Origin: the human T2T-CHM13v2.0 reference genome, Homo sapiens
Strand: one strand, 5' to 3'
DNA length: 64,000 bases
Assembly: GCF_009914755.1 (NCBI RefSeq)
Contig: NC_060934.1
Both the position numbers and the translations under genes were made by a program. The notes below the pieces were generated by a model, which made no database searches, had not been told where the DNA came from, and was given only the letters and a program-made list of their open reading frames with translations. Positions 1 through 11,593 of this stretch are shown here, piece after piece (the stretch's first letter is position 1; each line of letters starts with the position of its first letter).

Positions 1-570
1 AATGTTAAGTCTTCAGACCCATAAACATGGGATGTCTTTTCATTTATTTATATCTTTTAAAAATTTATTTAAACAATGTTTTGTAATTTTCAGAGTATAA
101 GGTTTGGACTTCCTTTATTAAATTTATTCATAAGTATTTTATTCTTTTAGATGCTTTTGTCAATGTAATTATTTTCCCAATTTCATTTTTGGGGTGTTCA
201 TTACAAGTGTATGGAAATACAATTTACTTTTTGTACATTGATCTTATGTTCTGTAATATTGCTGATTCATTTATTAGCTCTAAGTGCTTTTTAAAAAAAT
301 TTTTAGGACTTTCTATATACCAGATTGCATCATCTGCAAATAGAAATATTTTACTTCTTCTTTCCAATCTGGATGTCTTTATTTAGTTTTTGCTCTAGCT
401 GGAACATCCACTACAATGTTGAATATAAGTGGCAAAAGCAGGCATGCTTATCTTGTTCCTGACCTTAGGGAAATGTATCTAGTCTTTCACTGTTAGGTAT
501 AATGTTAGCTGTGAGTTTCCTTAAATATCTTTTGTCAGGTTGGAAAAATTTTTTTCTATTTCTAGTTTGT
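1..570 (-). mobile_element. Old L1 (L1M-type) ORF2 fragment, antisense
   Basis: Degenerate antisense ORF2 motifs, e.g. catctgcaaatagaaat, tttccaatctggatgtc, acaatgttgaatataagtgg; boundaries approximate. Confidence 0.75.
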
Positions 571-1291
571 TGAAATAATGATAATTTACATCATTTATGT
601 ACCATTTATTTCCATCATATGCATTTGAAATAATTTGTATAATTTAAAAGTTCTACAAGGATTTACCAAAGGTGAACTGAAGGCATGTGGTGTCTGTCTA
701 TAGCCATTAGAAATGGTAACAGAGGTGTACTCTACATGATGCACAAATGTGATATGTCTTTTTGGTGAAGAGCACGTGATGAAAACAGTAAATAACTGAG
801 AATAGCACAAAGCTACTAGGGACTCAGATGATTCAAATATTGAAGACTATGAGTAATATTAATCAGCAACTTAGTTTGTTATCTTCAGTTATATGGGAGG
901 AGTACATTATTCTTTGTTATAGGACTACCTCACCCTTAAATTGTAAGTTCTTTATTAGCTTATTGCATTTTCCATTCTTAAAGCAGTAGTTTAGTGTTCT
1001 CTTACTGTATGACAATTAAAAGTATACTTAATTGACTACATAATGTGATAGTTAAAAAATATATTTAAAGTAGCTTTTTGAAAGCTTTGCTGTTTCCCCC
1101 CCTTTTTGTATATAAAAGCATTAGTTGTCATTATTCATGTGTTCTCATTACTTTTTACAAATGAGAACAATGCCTTATGCATGTTGTGAACAATTACTAA
1201 AATTTTATGTAAATTTAACCTTTATTTTTAATTAATATGTGTTAAGATATAACATTATTTTATCTATTAATATATGTATTTTAATTTACAG

Positions 1292-1547
1292 GAAAACATC
1301 TTTATGTATGGAGGCAGAATTGAAACAAATGATGGCAATGTCACAGATGAATTATGGGTTTTTAACATACATAGTCAGTCATGGAGTACAAAAACTCCTA
1401 CTGTTCTTGGACATGGTCAGCAGTATGCTGTGGAGGGACATTCAGCACATATTATGGAGTTGGATAGTAGAGATGTTGTCATGATCATAATATTTGGATA
1501 TTCTGCAATATATGGTTATACAAGCAGCATACAGGAATACCATATCT
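1292..1547 (+). CDS. ATRNL1: ATRNL1 internal coding exon (kelch repeats; probably exon 8), 256 nt, phase 0 to phase 1
   Basis: Acceptor ttaatttacAG at 1290-1291; donor GTGAGT at 1548-1553. Translation ENIFMYGGRIETNDGNVTDELWVFNIHSQSW...GHSAH...IIFGYSAIYGYTSSIQEYHI shows kelch GG/W motifs and matches attractin-family sequence. Joins the 45960 exon in frame (T|CA = Ser). Confidence 0.95.
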
Positions 1548-1603
1548 GTGAGTTACTTAAAAATTGTAATTTCTTTATTGATTGGGAATGTTTTTCTCTT
1601 TAA
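1548..1603 (+). CDS. ATRNL1: Intron read-through C-terminal tail (CELLKNCNFFIDWECFSL*) of a putative short ATRNL1 isoform
   Basis: ORF 1274..1603 continues 18 codons past the donor to TAA at 1601-1603, which overlaps AATAAA; fits my unverified recollection of a ~467-aa ATRNL1 isoform. Confidence 0.7.
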
Positions 1604-1607
1604 TAAA
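1602..1607 (+). terminator. Candidate intronic polyadenylation signal AATAAA
   Basis: ctctt-TAATAAA-atc; canonical hexamer overlapping the stop codon, U-rich sequence upstream and U/GU-rich sequence downstream. Confidence 0.55.
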
Positions 1608-2339
1608 ATCTTCATATGAATTTAGTCAAAATGGTGAGTTATTTGAGATTGAAATTATAAGCTGATAATTAATAATTTTTAATATAAGCTTTTTTGATTA
1701 TGTTAGATTTTGTCCTTTAATATTTAAGCTTACCTTTTTAACCAAATGAGGGGAAATATTACTTAATAGTCTCATTTTCTAAGATTTGTGAATTTTTTAA
1801 AAAAATATGTGAAATTCCAGTAGGTGGTGCTATTTCTTTGGATTTTATTTATGAACGAAGTACTGAAACTATCCCAGTCTCTTTACTATGCATTGCATGG
1901 TTTCAGGATTTTTTATTTTTTAGCATTCTATTTCTAATCTTACTGCTATATCTTTATGTATGTATTACTTCTTTAAAGTCAGCTTCTCAAGGATAGTCTG
2001 CTGGCTTCTATAAGAGATTATTATCTGTTATGTGAAGGTGAAGGTGTCTAGGGCAATCTACATGTGAGTTTTTGTACTATACCTTTACTCCATTTTGTTT
2101 TTCTGGTACTTCATTTTTTTGAATTATTTATAACATTTTTAAAACAGTGGTAACCTTCTTTATTGTTTTTAGTTTGTTTACAAATATATGCCCTATGGTG
2201 GTTATTCAGATTCAAGAAAATAATTCTTTTCTGGCTCTGGCCAGTATGATGAACTCAAATTCTTGGCTCTTTTGTGTATGGACAACTATATATACAACTA
2301 TTTAGAGTCCTTGTGCAGTCTTAATGAGAAAACTCATTT

Positions 2340-3345
2340 GCAGACCACCATTAGCAAGAGAGTACTTGTATGCTCAGAGGAAGACTCCCCTTCGAAATAC
2401 TCCACTGTTTCCCTTGCAGTCCTTTCAAGTGATGGCTGTTTTTGTTTACATATTCTCAGTACAGCTGGGTCAAAAGTGGGTTACATATCCCCTTTACTTC
2501 TTATTGCCATTTCCACTCTATTCTCAATTCCTCCTCCTTTAAATTGCCTGGCTTTGACTCTTACATCATCAGAATATATCACCTATTACTTCACCTTCCT
2601 GCACTCATCCTTTGCTCTCAGATGGCTGTGTTTTATTTCTGAGGAATTTAGCTTCTGGCTTACTGTCACTGTGTCCAGAATACATAAGGCAAATATTTTT
2701 ATGTTGTAAATATGCACTTAAGTACTTCTCCTACCTGGCCTGTCAATTTCTTGATCTACCAAAGATTTTGTTTTCCATCCTCCTTGAGCCACTCTCTCCA
2801 TTGTTACGTTCTAGACCTTGTTATTCCAGTACAATGAGTCCATAATTTCCATATGAAATATCTTACTTTTCAAGTCCCACTGATCTCTCCAGCTTACTGT
2901 TTCTAATGCCCACACTCTGACAATTCTTTGACCTTACCAGAGCCTTTAGTCTGTTGAGACTATCAGTTTTTCCACTATCTCTCACTCTTTTTTTGTCCAT
3001 ATTTCTAACCCTACCTTTTTAATCCATACTTCTAGCCCTACCCATACTTCTAAACGTACCTAGCTTTAAATTTCATAATTACTGTTCTCAAGTTGTTTTT
3101 TTTTTTTTATGATATCCGGTACTTACTCAGCTGTAAGTTTATAATTACTCATGTCAAGTTGGCCCTTAATGACATCTGGAACTTCTGCCAGTGTAGCTTG
3201 GTCTCGCTCCCAGCTCTCCTGGATGACTATTTCATACCTTTTCCTCTCTCCTCAAGTTTCAAACACTTCCTTCTCTATCATCACTCGCAATTGATGACCT
3301 TAGTTCTTATTTTACTGAGAAAACAGAAGTAATCAGGAGAGAATG
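2340..3345 (+). mobile_element. L2 LINE fragment
   Basis: Pyrimidine-rich; ends in the L2-like gatgaccttagttcttattttactgagaaaacagaagtaatcaggagagaa; left boundary approximate. Confidence 0.65.
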
Positions 3346-4816
3346 GCTATTGATGAGAACACGTTGGAGGGTGATGGTTAATAAGCAATGCTACATTGAA
3401 TAAGCTTGCTTACATACATTATTGTCATAACAAACTCATGACAACGTTGAGGCAGATGTGTGGCTGAGTTATTCCAACTTTTGAAATGGGCCCAGGAGTT
3501 TTTAAGCAAGAGTTAACAGATGTTCTATGTAGAAGGGCAGTTTTCTTTTCTGATTTTGTTATTAATTTTTGGTTTTATTATAGTGCTCAGGAAATGTTGG
3601 TCTTATTTCTACTTTTTAAATTTATTGAAATTTTCTTTGTGCCTCAGTTTTCACAAATATTTGATAGGCACTTGAGAAGAAGATAAATCCAATAATATCA
3701 AGGTATGGAGTTTGATATTATTTATTTATAAAATCGACTTTATTGATTATATTGTTTAGGCCTTCTGTTACTGACTTAGTATTTTTTGTTCTTGATTTAT
3801 CTTGCTGTGAAAGTGGAAGTAAAATTTTAAAGTGTTAGTGTATTTTTCATATTTCTCCTTATATATTCTGGAATTTATGTTTTATAGAAGTTGCTATTAC
3901 AAATATTAATAATTGTTATGTGCTTATTGTAAATTGTATTACTTACTATTATAAAGTGGTTTGTTTAATGTTTTCTTGACCTGAATTCTACCTCATCTGT
4001 CGTTAATATTGCCCTTGTTTTGTTTTTTTGGTCAGTCTTTTCCTAGTATACCTTTGCTCATCCCTTTATTGTTATTATTGTTTAGTGTTTTAGAATCACT
4101 TTAAAAAAAATGTATTTCTTGCATACGAGAGAGTTGAATTTTGCTTTGTGATTCCTGTTTTTTTTTTTGTAAATTTTCTGTACATGTCTTGTATTTTCAA
4201 AAGTCATTCTTGCTTTTTTGTTGATTTGTTTTTAATTATAGCTCTTCTCACGTTTAGGGCCCTCCTTCCCCTTAACTTTATTTTATTTTTTTGTGGGGAT
4301 GGGTGTGGTAAGTTTTGAGATCTGCTTCCATTAGTTTCCTCTATGCTACTTGTTTCTCATTGCCCTTTCAGCATTTTTGTGGCTGCTTCTGTTTAGCTGT
4401 TTTGGTTTCACTTGATTTTTGTACGTTCATACCTAATCTAGACTTTATGAGGAATTTTTTTTTTACCCTCGTAATTTCTCTGGAAATGTAATTTTCTTTT
4501 CCTTTCACTTCATCTACTTTCCCCATGTTTTCCTTTTGTTTTCTATTTCTTTTCCAGGGAGAATGGGGGAGATTCAGAACTAAACTGTTACCACATTTGT
4601 CCTTGAAACACAGGTTTTGACTTTTGAAATTTTAAAATGAGTACTTAACTTAGTCTAAAGTTAAGCAATACTCTTATTCTTTGATCAACCTCCAATTTAT
4701 AGGATACTGTTTTCCACTGTTTTAGTTATTTTTGTTTTGTTTCAAACACAATGATAATTATATCATTTTATAATATAAATAAATTAAAAATAAACAGTAA
4801 GTATATCATTTATTTA

Positions 4817-5038
4817 CAGGGGTCAGCAAAAGGCATCTATAAATGACCAGATAGTAAATATCTTAGGCTTTGTTGGTCATACAGTCTCTGTCACAACTAA
4901 TTAACTCTGCCTTGTAGCCTGAAAGTTGCCATAGACAATAGATAAACAAATGGGCATGGTTGTGTTCAATAAAAATTTATTTACAAAAACAGGTGGTGGG
5001 CTAGATTTAGCCTTTGGGCCTTACTTTGCCTACACTTG
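4817..5038 (+). mobile_element. MER58A (hAT-Charlie MITE)
   Basis: caggggtcagcaaa...ccagatagtaaatat...aggctttg...catacagtctctgtcacaacta...aataaaa-tttatttacaaaaacaggtgg...tttgcc; ~220 bp. Confidence 0.85.
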
Positions 5039-6130
5039 CTCTTAAGAGAAAGAGTATGCTTCTAGGGCCCTAGTAACCCTGATCCAACTTAAATTAAAAT
5101 TTGGCATATAGTTTTTTTTTGGACATTATATATAGGGAAAATTCATGCCCCAAAGTAGCCTGATATCTAGTAAATGGCCCAAAGTTCCCAGGGGGAATAG
5201 TTGTTTCGTATATGTGGAACCAAGGCTGAAATAGATGCTATCTATCTGCCTCCACGGAGCATATTTTTAAAAACTCACTTTTTCATTGAGGATGTACACT
5301 TTCAATGATCTTGACTTTACATAGATACTCTCTAATCTTATACCTACATGGGTCCACCTTCAATGTTGGCCATTAAAATGGAATCTCTAGGCCACCTGAT
5401 TAGTATATGTCATCCTTACTGAATATAGTTTATAATTCACAGTTGGCAGAATATATTTCGTGTGCTTCATCGTTTCCTTTATTGAACGTTTGTCCCACTC
5501 AGCCATCAGACATAATGGTGGTTATGCTTTCCAAGGATGGCTAGGAAACTACTATGGGTTTATTCTGATCAACTATTAGTGATAAATATTGATATAGGTT
5601 GTTAGCTGATATATTAATCTCCTGGTAGGTTTTTGTTTGATTTGGGATAATCTGATTACAGAATGCCAATTTTGTTTTAGATAATCTAAACATATTTTTA
5701 TATTGAGTTTCTTTTGGCTTATTCTACAACCAAAATACTATGTCTAAATAAATTTATCTGCAGGGTATTTTTGGCTTGATTTTTGTCTTACTAACTGCAT
5801 TACTTGTCAGGCATACTTAAGAATGTAGTGTAAGATGAAAATGGGAAGAATACATGATTGATGAGTTTTATAAGAATAATAGATAAACCATGGGCAGTTT
5901 CACATTCTGTGAATTATTGAAGTACAAAGCAAAACCCAACAAATTTTTTATAAAATTATTTCTTAATAGAAAAATTAATATCTTACTTTACTTATTCCTA
6001 AGGCATTTTGAATTTGCTGCTTACATGTTGAAAGTATGTGGTGTCATAAAATAATCTATAGTACTTTCAAAGAAAAGAGTACAAAATGATGGGTAAATGT
6101 AGTTTAAAGATGCTGTCAGAATAATTAAAT

Positions 6131-6646
<516 letters not shown>

Positions 6647-6649
6647 TGA

Positions 6650-7640
6650 ATTGTTTTGGCTGCATGTTGTAAATAAACTTTATGGAAGAAAGAACAGAAA
6701 GAGGATAGTTAGGAAGTTGTTAACGGTAATCTGGGCCAAAAATGATGATGAGAATTAGTCGATCTGTTGGATTTTTTAAAAAAGTAGAGCCAATAGTATT
6801 TGCTGAGGGTTTAGATGTAGAGTGTGAGATAAAAGAGAGGAACCAAGGGTGATTCCAAAATTTTGGGCCTGAGCAGCTGGAAAGATGAAATTGCCATCAA
6901 CCGACATGTAGTAGATTGTGAAGCAGGTTTGGGGCAAAGGTGTTTTAACGATGAGGAGTTCAGTTTGGACATGTTATACGTGAGATAGCCACTAGATGTC
7001 AAAGAGAAAATGTCAAGCAGACAGTTGGATATATATGTTGCTATAGGTACTCTTTTTTTAAAAAAATTTATATTCTTTTTCTAAGAAGTTTTAGAGCAGG
7101 AATTCTGCAGTATACCTCCTTATGTGTACACTTTCTAGTAAAGTGCCATATTCTTACTGGAGTCCTAGAGAGAAAGATTTGGGCTGAAGGTGTAAATTTG
7201 GGAGTTCTTGGGAGTTCTTAAAGCCAAGAGACTAGATCAGATCACTAATGAAGTGGGTGTAGATAAAAAGGAGAATAAAAGGATTGAGCTATAGGGTCCC
7301 CGAATAATAAGAGGTAGGGGAGAAAAGGAAGATAAGCAAGGAAGAGTACGGTGAAGTGTAAGCCAAGTGCAGAAAGAATATTAAGTGGGAAAGTAATCAA
7401 CGGAGCCACATTCTGCTGATGCCTCAAGTACAATCATTACTAAGGATTGATCATTGAATTTAGCACTGTGCAGTCATTGGTGATCTTGACAGGAACAGTT
7501 TCTGTGTAGTGATGGGGTGAAAGTCTCACAATATTGGATTTAATAGGGAATGAGAGAAGTAGAAGTGGAAATGATGGGTGGAACCAGCTCTTTCAAGGAA
7601 ATGTGTTTGAAAAGGAAAGCACAAAGTGAGCAGAAACTGG
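6650..7640 (-). mobile_element. L2 LINE fragment (L2a-like), interrupted at ~7042-7151
   Basis: gtagagccaatagtatttgctgagggtttagatg, ttttgggcctgagcagctggaaagatg, aggagttcagtttggacatg, gtcattggtgatcttgac. Confidence 0.8.
7042..7151 (+). repeat. ~110-bp dispersed local duplicate (copy A) of 9162-9274
   Basis: tataggtactcttttttt...aaaaaatttatattctttttctaagaagttttagag(c/g)aggaattctgca...ctttctagtaaag(t/g)gccatat occurs at both sites. Confidence 0.9.
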
Positions 7641-7654
7641 CAAGAAACTTAGGA

Positions 7655-7780
7655 TCCTTTTTAGCTTGGATTTTTACAGAAGCAGACAATGAGACAGGAT
7701 TTCAGTGAAATAATTCTATTTGGGAAAGTGTAGGTAACACTGTTAGGGGAGTTGATACAAGGACGAGAAGGCAGCCATTT
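7655..7780 (-). mobile_element. Possible ERVL-class LTR fragment (LTR16-like)
   Basis: cagaagcagacaatgagacaggatttcagtgaaataattctatttgggaaag resembles an ERVL LTR terminus; highly diverged. Confidence 0.4.
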
Positions 7781-7910
7781 AAAGGTCCAGGCTTTAATTG
7801 ACACATAATCTCTGAAATTTTCTTTAACTATTAACCCTGTCAGTTGTCAGTTGATGTGTCCCATGGACTATGTCTCCAAAACCTACCCATTCTTAGTAGA
7901 GAACCTATCC

Positions 7911-8004
7911 ATTTTTGCTAGAGATGGGGTTTCGCCATGCCTGTCTCGCACTCCTGACCTCAAGAGATCTGCCTGTTTTGACGTCCCAAAGTTCTGGGAT
8001 TACA
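7911..8004 (-). mobile_element. Partial Alu left-arm fragment
   Basis: tagagatggggtttcgccatg...ctcctgacctcaagagatctgcc...cccaaagttctgggattaca; no right arm, tail or TSD. Confidence 0.85.
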
Positions 8005-8126
8005 AAGTACTGTGTCATCCAGTGTGGCTTGATTAATATGAAAATGTTTATAGAGATAAGACAACAGAATACTTAAGAAAATAGCTAGTGTGAAGCATAC
8101 ACAAATAAATCAGGAAGGGAGCTGTG

Positions 8127-8463
8127 TTTTTTTTTTTTTTTTGGTTTTGTTTTTTTGTTTTTTTTTGTTTTTTTTTTTGTTTTTTTTTTTTTGAGACAGT
8201 CTGACTCTGTTGCAGGGGCTGGAATGCAGTGGCACGATCTCAGCTCACTGAAGCCTCTGCCACCTGGGTTCAAGTGATCCTCCCACCTCAGCCTCCCAAG
8301 TGGTTGGGATTATAGGCATGCACCACCACACCCAGCTACTTTTTGTATTTTTAGTAGAGATGGGGTTTCGCCATGCCTGTCTTGAACTCCTGAGCTCGAG
8401 TGATCTGCCTTCTTCGACCTCCCAAAGTGCTGGGACTACAGACATGAGCCACCGTGCCTGGCC
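8127..8463 (-). mobile_element. Alu (AluJ/old AluS-like) with long patterned poly(T) tail
   Basis: Full dimer in antisense ending gagccaccgtgcctggcc; (TnG)n tail 8127-8192. Confidence 0.95.
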
Positions 8464-8792
8464 AAGGACGGGAAATTTTTTGTGAGAACATCCTAGAGTA
8501 CAACTTCTAAAAGTGATGTCGGGTTATCAAGTGCTTAGGTGTGACAGTGACAACAAGACTTATATTCAAAATTGTTGGAAAAATCCAGAAAATGTTTAAT
8601 GAAGAAATCAGCTTGCAGTAAAGGTTCCACATGCTTTTGTTTGTCACAGAGTGGAAGTGGCCTTCATAATTGTATAATGATGAAAAGACTTCTTAATCCA
8701 CAGCTTTATTTACTGCATTTTTCATTTTCTGGAAGTAGTTTTATTTTCCTCTAAGCTCCTGTGTCCTTTTGTTTTTAAATGAATATGACACA

Positions 8793-9146
8793 TGCTACAA
8801 TTTGAATATGTCCCCTCCAAAATTCATGTTGAAACCTAATCCCCATTGCGGTAGTATTAAGAGGTGGGGCTTTTTGGGGTGTGATTAAGTCAGGATGGCT
8901 CTGCTGTCATGAGTGGATTAGTGCCTTACAAAAAGTGCTGGAGGGAGCTAGCTGGGTCCTTTTTGCCTTCCATCCTTCCACCATGTGAGGACACAGCATT
9001 CTTCCCCTCTGGAGGACATAGCAAACAAGGCACCATCTGGAAGCAGAGCGTAGCTCTCAGCAGACACCAAAGCTGCCAGCACCTTGATTTTGAAATTCCT
9101 AGTTTCCAGAACTGTTAGAAATAAATTTCCATTGTTTATTAATTAC
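8793..9146 (+). mobile_element. MST-family solo LTR (ERVL-MaLR, MSTD-like)
   Basis: tgctacaatttgaatatgtcccctccaaaattcatgttgaaacctaatcccc...ccatgtgaggacacagca...ccagaactgttagaaataaatttc. Confidence 0.85.
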
Positions 9147-9161
9147 ATATATGCTGTTTTT

Positions 9162-9274
9162 TATAGGTACTCTTTTTTTTTCTAAAAAAATTTATATTCT
9201 TTTTCTAAGAAGTTTTAGAGGAGGAATTCTGCAACATATCTCCTGTGTGTATACTTTCTAGTAAAGGGCCATAT
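9162..9274 (+). repeat. ~110-bp dispersed local duplicate (copy B, probable donor)
   Basis: Matches 7042-7151; runs on into an L2-like 3' tail (ataaatatttgtggatgaataaat). Confidence 0.9.
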
Positions 9275-9439
9275 ATTAAATGCTTGATAAATATTTGTGG
9301 ATGAATAAATACGATTTTCATCACACTTTCCTTAAAAGTGTGAATCTGTTTCTTGACTTTGTTTTTAGTATATTAACCAAATTATTTAAATTGTGTACTA
9401 TACGTAATTATTATTCTCCTTCTAGTGGTGACTCATAAC

Positions 9440-9859
9440 ATGCTGTGCTTGATGTCCTCTATTTGTCTCTCCACATCTACCTTTTATTTTTTTCCATCCT
9501 GTTTCCATGCCCTCTGGCTTCCAGGTAGGCTGAGCCAGTGGTGGTAGATCTGATGGTGGGAGATGAGTGGGGTTGTGGTATTTTATTCCACCAACTTTCT
9601 CCCTGCTGGATAACCTTGGGTTAGTTGTGTTGCTTTATTGAAGGCTGAACTGTCAGGTGTCCTCATATAGCTATTTTCTAGGAATTCTGGAAACACTCCC
9701 TCCTCTTGCTTTTTTAAGGCCAAGGGGTGGTAAAGTCTTCCTGTTGTGGTAGGTCTCAGGATATTGCCCTGGTCATACCTTTATAAATAGCCTTTATTAG
9801 ATACTTTATAATTGTTTTGATCATATTATTTATTTCCTGTCAGCACCCTGGCTGATATA
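9440..9859 (+). mobile_element. ERVL solo LTR (LTR33-like)
   Basis: tgccctctggcttccaggtaggctgagccagtgg...ataaatagcctttatt...tttcctgtcagcaccctggctgatata. Confidence 0.6.
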
Positions 9860-11098
9860 GTAGCTACTATTGGCTTTTTAGAGATTCAAATATAACTTTT
9901 GACCAAAATGATCCTTCATATGTTCTTATTCTGGAAGTTGAGAGGAAGAAGTGTCTTGTGGGAGGATTTCACACTTTATTAGTAGATAAAAATGTTGGCA
10001 GAAGTATAAACATTTCAGAATAGCATGGAATTAGGTCCTTCAGTCCATTTCTATGCTTATTTTTGAATTTTTAAATTTTAATGTCACATGGTCATCTTTA
10101 ATGTTGCATTTTCTCTTAATGTGAAAGATTAATATATTTATCATCTTTCAAGAGTAGCTGTTCCAGTTTTTTAATAAGCAGAACCCTTATTTATGTATTT
10201 CTTCTTATTTATTCAAGAAAACCTTTTTGTTGGATATTCTTTTAAATTTCTTTTTGAATTATGCTAACTCAGACTCAACTTTTTTTTGGTTATTATGCTA
10301 TCAACGTAGAAGTAATCATTGTCTTACTAGCAAAATACCTCCAAAGTGTATTTGATGGGAGGATATTTATTTTTTTAAAAGCCCATTTGCTGTATTCCTT
10401 TAAGTTTTCTCTTTAAAATCATGTTAATTTAAAAAAATTGTTGATTTTTTTCAACTTCTCCATTATTCTGAAATCCAGAAATTCTTATTGTATATTTGTT
10501 TTTAAAAATAGCTTTATCACATATACATGTGCATGTCATCTGGTTTGCTTATTTTTGACCTTTATAAAAAGGTTGTATTTATGCCATTTTCTCAGGCTTT
10601 CTTTGATTTTGTTTATCACGATTATTACCAAGATTCATCCATGTCATTATATATTGCTGCAGTTAACTTCTTTATATTTCTGTATTTTATTTGTTGTATA
10701 ACTCTACCACAATTTATTTACCTATTTCCCTGCTTTTGAGCTTTTGGATTTGGTATCTAGTAAAATTTACCCACAGTAGCCATTTTGAGACATATCCTGA
10801 TAAACTATTGCATTTTAAGAGATAAAGAAAAAAATCCTTAGGATTTTCCAGCAGAAAGATGAAATATCTTACAAGGGCAAGAGATTAGACTAGTATCAGA
10901 TTTTTCAAAAGCAACCTACAGATCAAGGCAACCATGGAACAAAATTTTCAAGACACTTCAGAAAGTATAGACCAAGGGTTTTATGTCTTGCCAAATTGTA
11001 CCTCAAGTGTCAAGGCTATCAAAAATAATTTTGAACATAGAAAAACTAAGTTAATACTGTATGTGTGTGCCCTTACCTGAGAAATTTATATACTAGGG

Positions 11099-11321
11099 TA
11101 GAGGTTTGCAGATGTTTTTTGGTAAGGGTTCAGATAGTAAATAGTTTAGGCTTTGTATCCTACTAAATTCTGTTGACTCTGTTGTCACTACTCAGTTCTT
11201 CCATTGAAACTGTATACAAACAGTATAAATTGCATAAAAGGGTGAATGTGGCTATGTCCAATAAAACCTGATTTACAAAAACAATTGGTGGAGTTAATGG
11301 GCTGTAATTTTCCAATCCCTG
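11099..11321 (+). mobile_element. MER58A (hAT-Charlie MITE) inserted in L1
   Basis: cagatagtaaatagtttaggctttg...caataaaacctgatttacaaaaaca...aatccctg; degenerate 8-bp flanks tactaggg / tcctggag. Confidence 0.8.
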
Positions 11322-11593
11322 TCCTGGAGAATGAGCTTCACCTAATGAACAGATAAATGGGAACACTTCAGGTAAAAGATTGATGGAAAACATTTCCCAT
11401 ACTTAATTTTAGAGCTAAGACTAAAATAAAGGTAGGAATATGTGTAGACAACTAAATGTGCAAATGTTACATGTTTTGTCCAAGTAGAAATAATGCAGTT
11501 AAAAATGGGAGAAGGGAGAGGAAAGGGGAAATCAGAGATAAGAACATTGACAGCTGCATATGTAATAGATAGGAATCAAAAGATGCCATTTAA

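Noticed and set aside
730-800. Possible C/D-box snoRNA (gtgatga ... ctga)
   Set aside because: The boxes are only ~13 nt apart and there is no terminal stem
1274-1291. ATG at 1274 as a protein start
   Set aside because: It lies in the acceptor region of the upstream intron; the coding exon begins at 1292 after the AG
1239-1484. 81-aa ORF overlapping the first exon in another frame
   Set aside because: Shadow frame of the real kelch exon; no independent start context or recognisable protein
2263-2845. Cluster of overlapping hydrophobic ORFs up to 148 aa
   Set aside because: Pyrimidine-rich L2-derived sequence yields Leu/Ser/Phe-rich ORFs by composition; no domain or splice support
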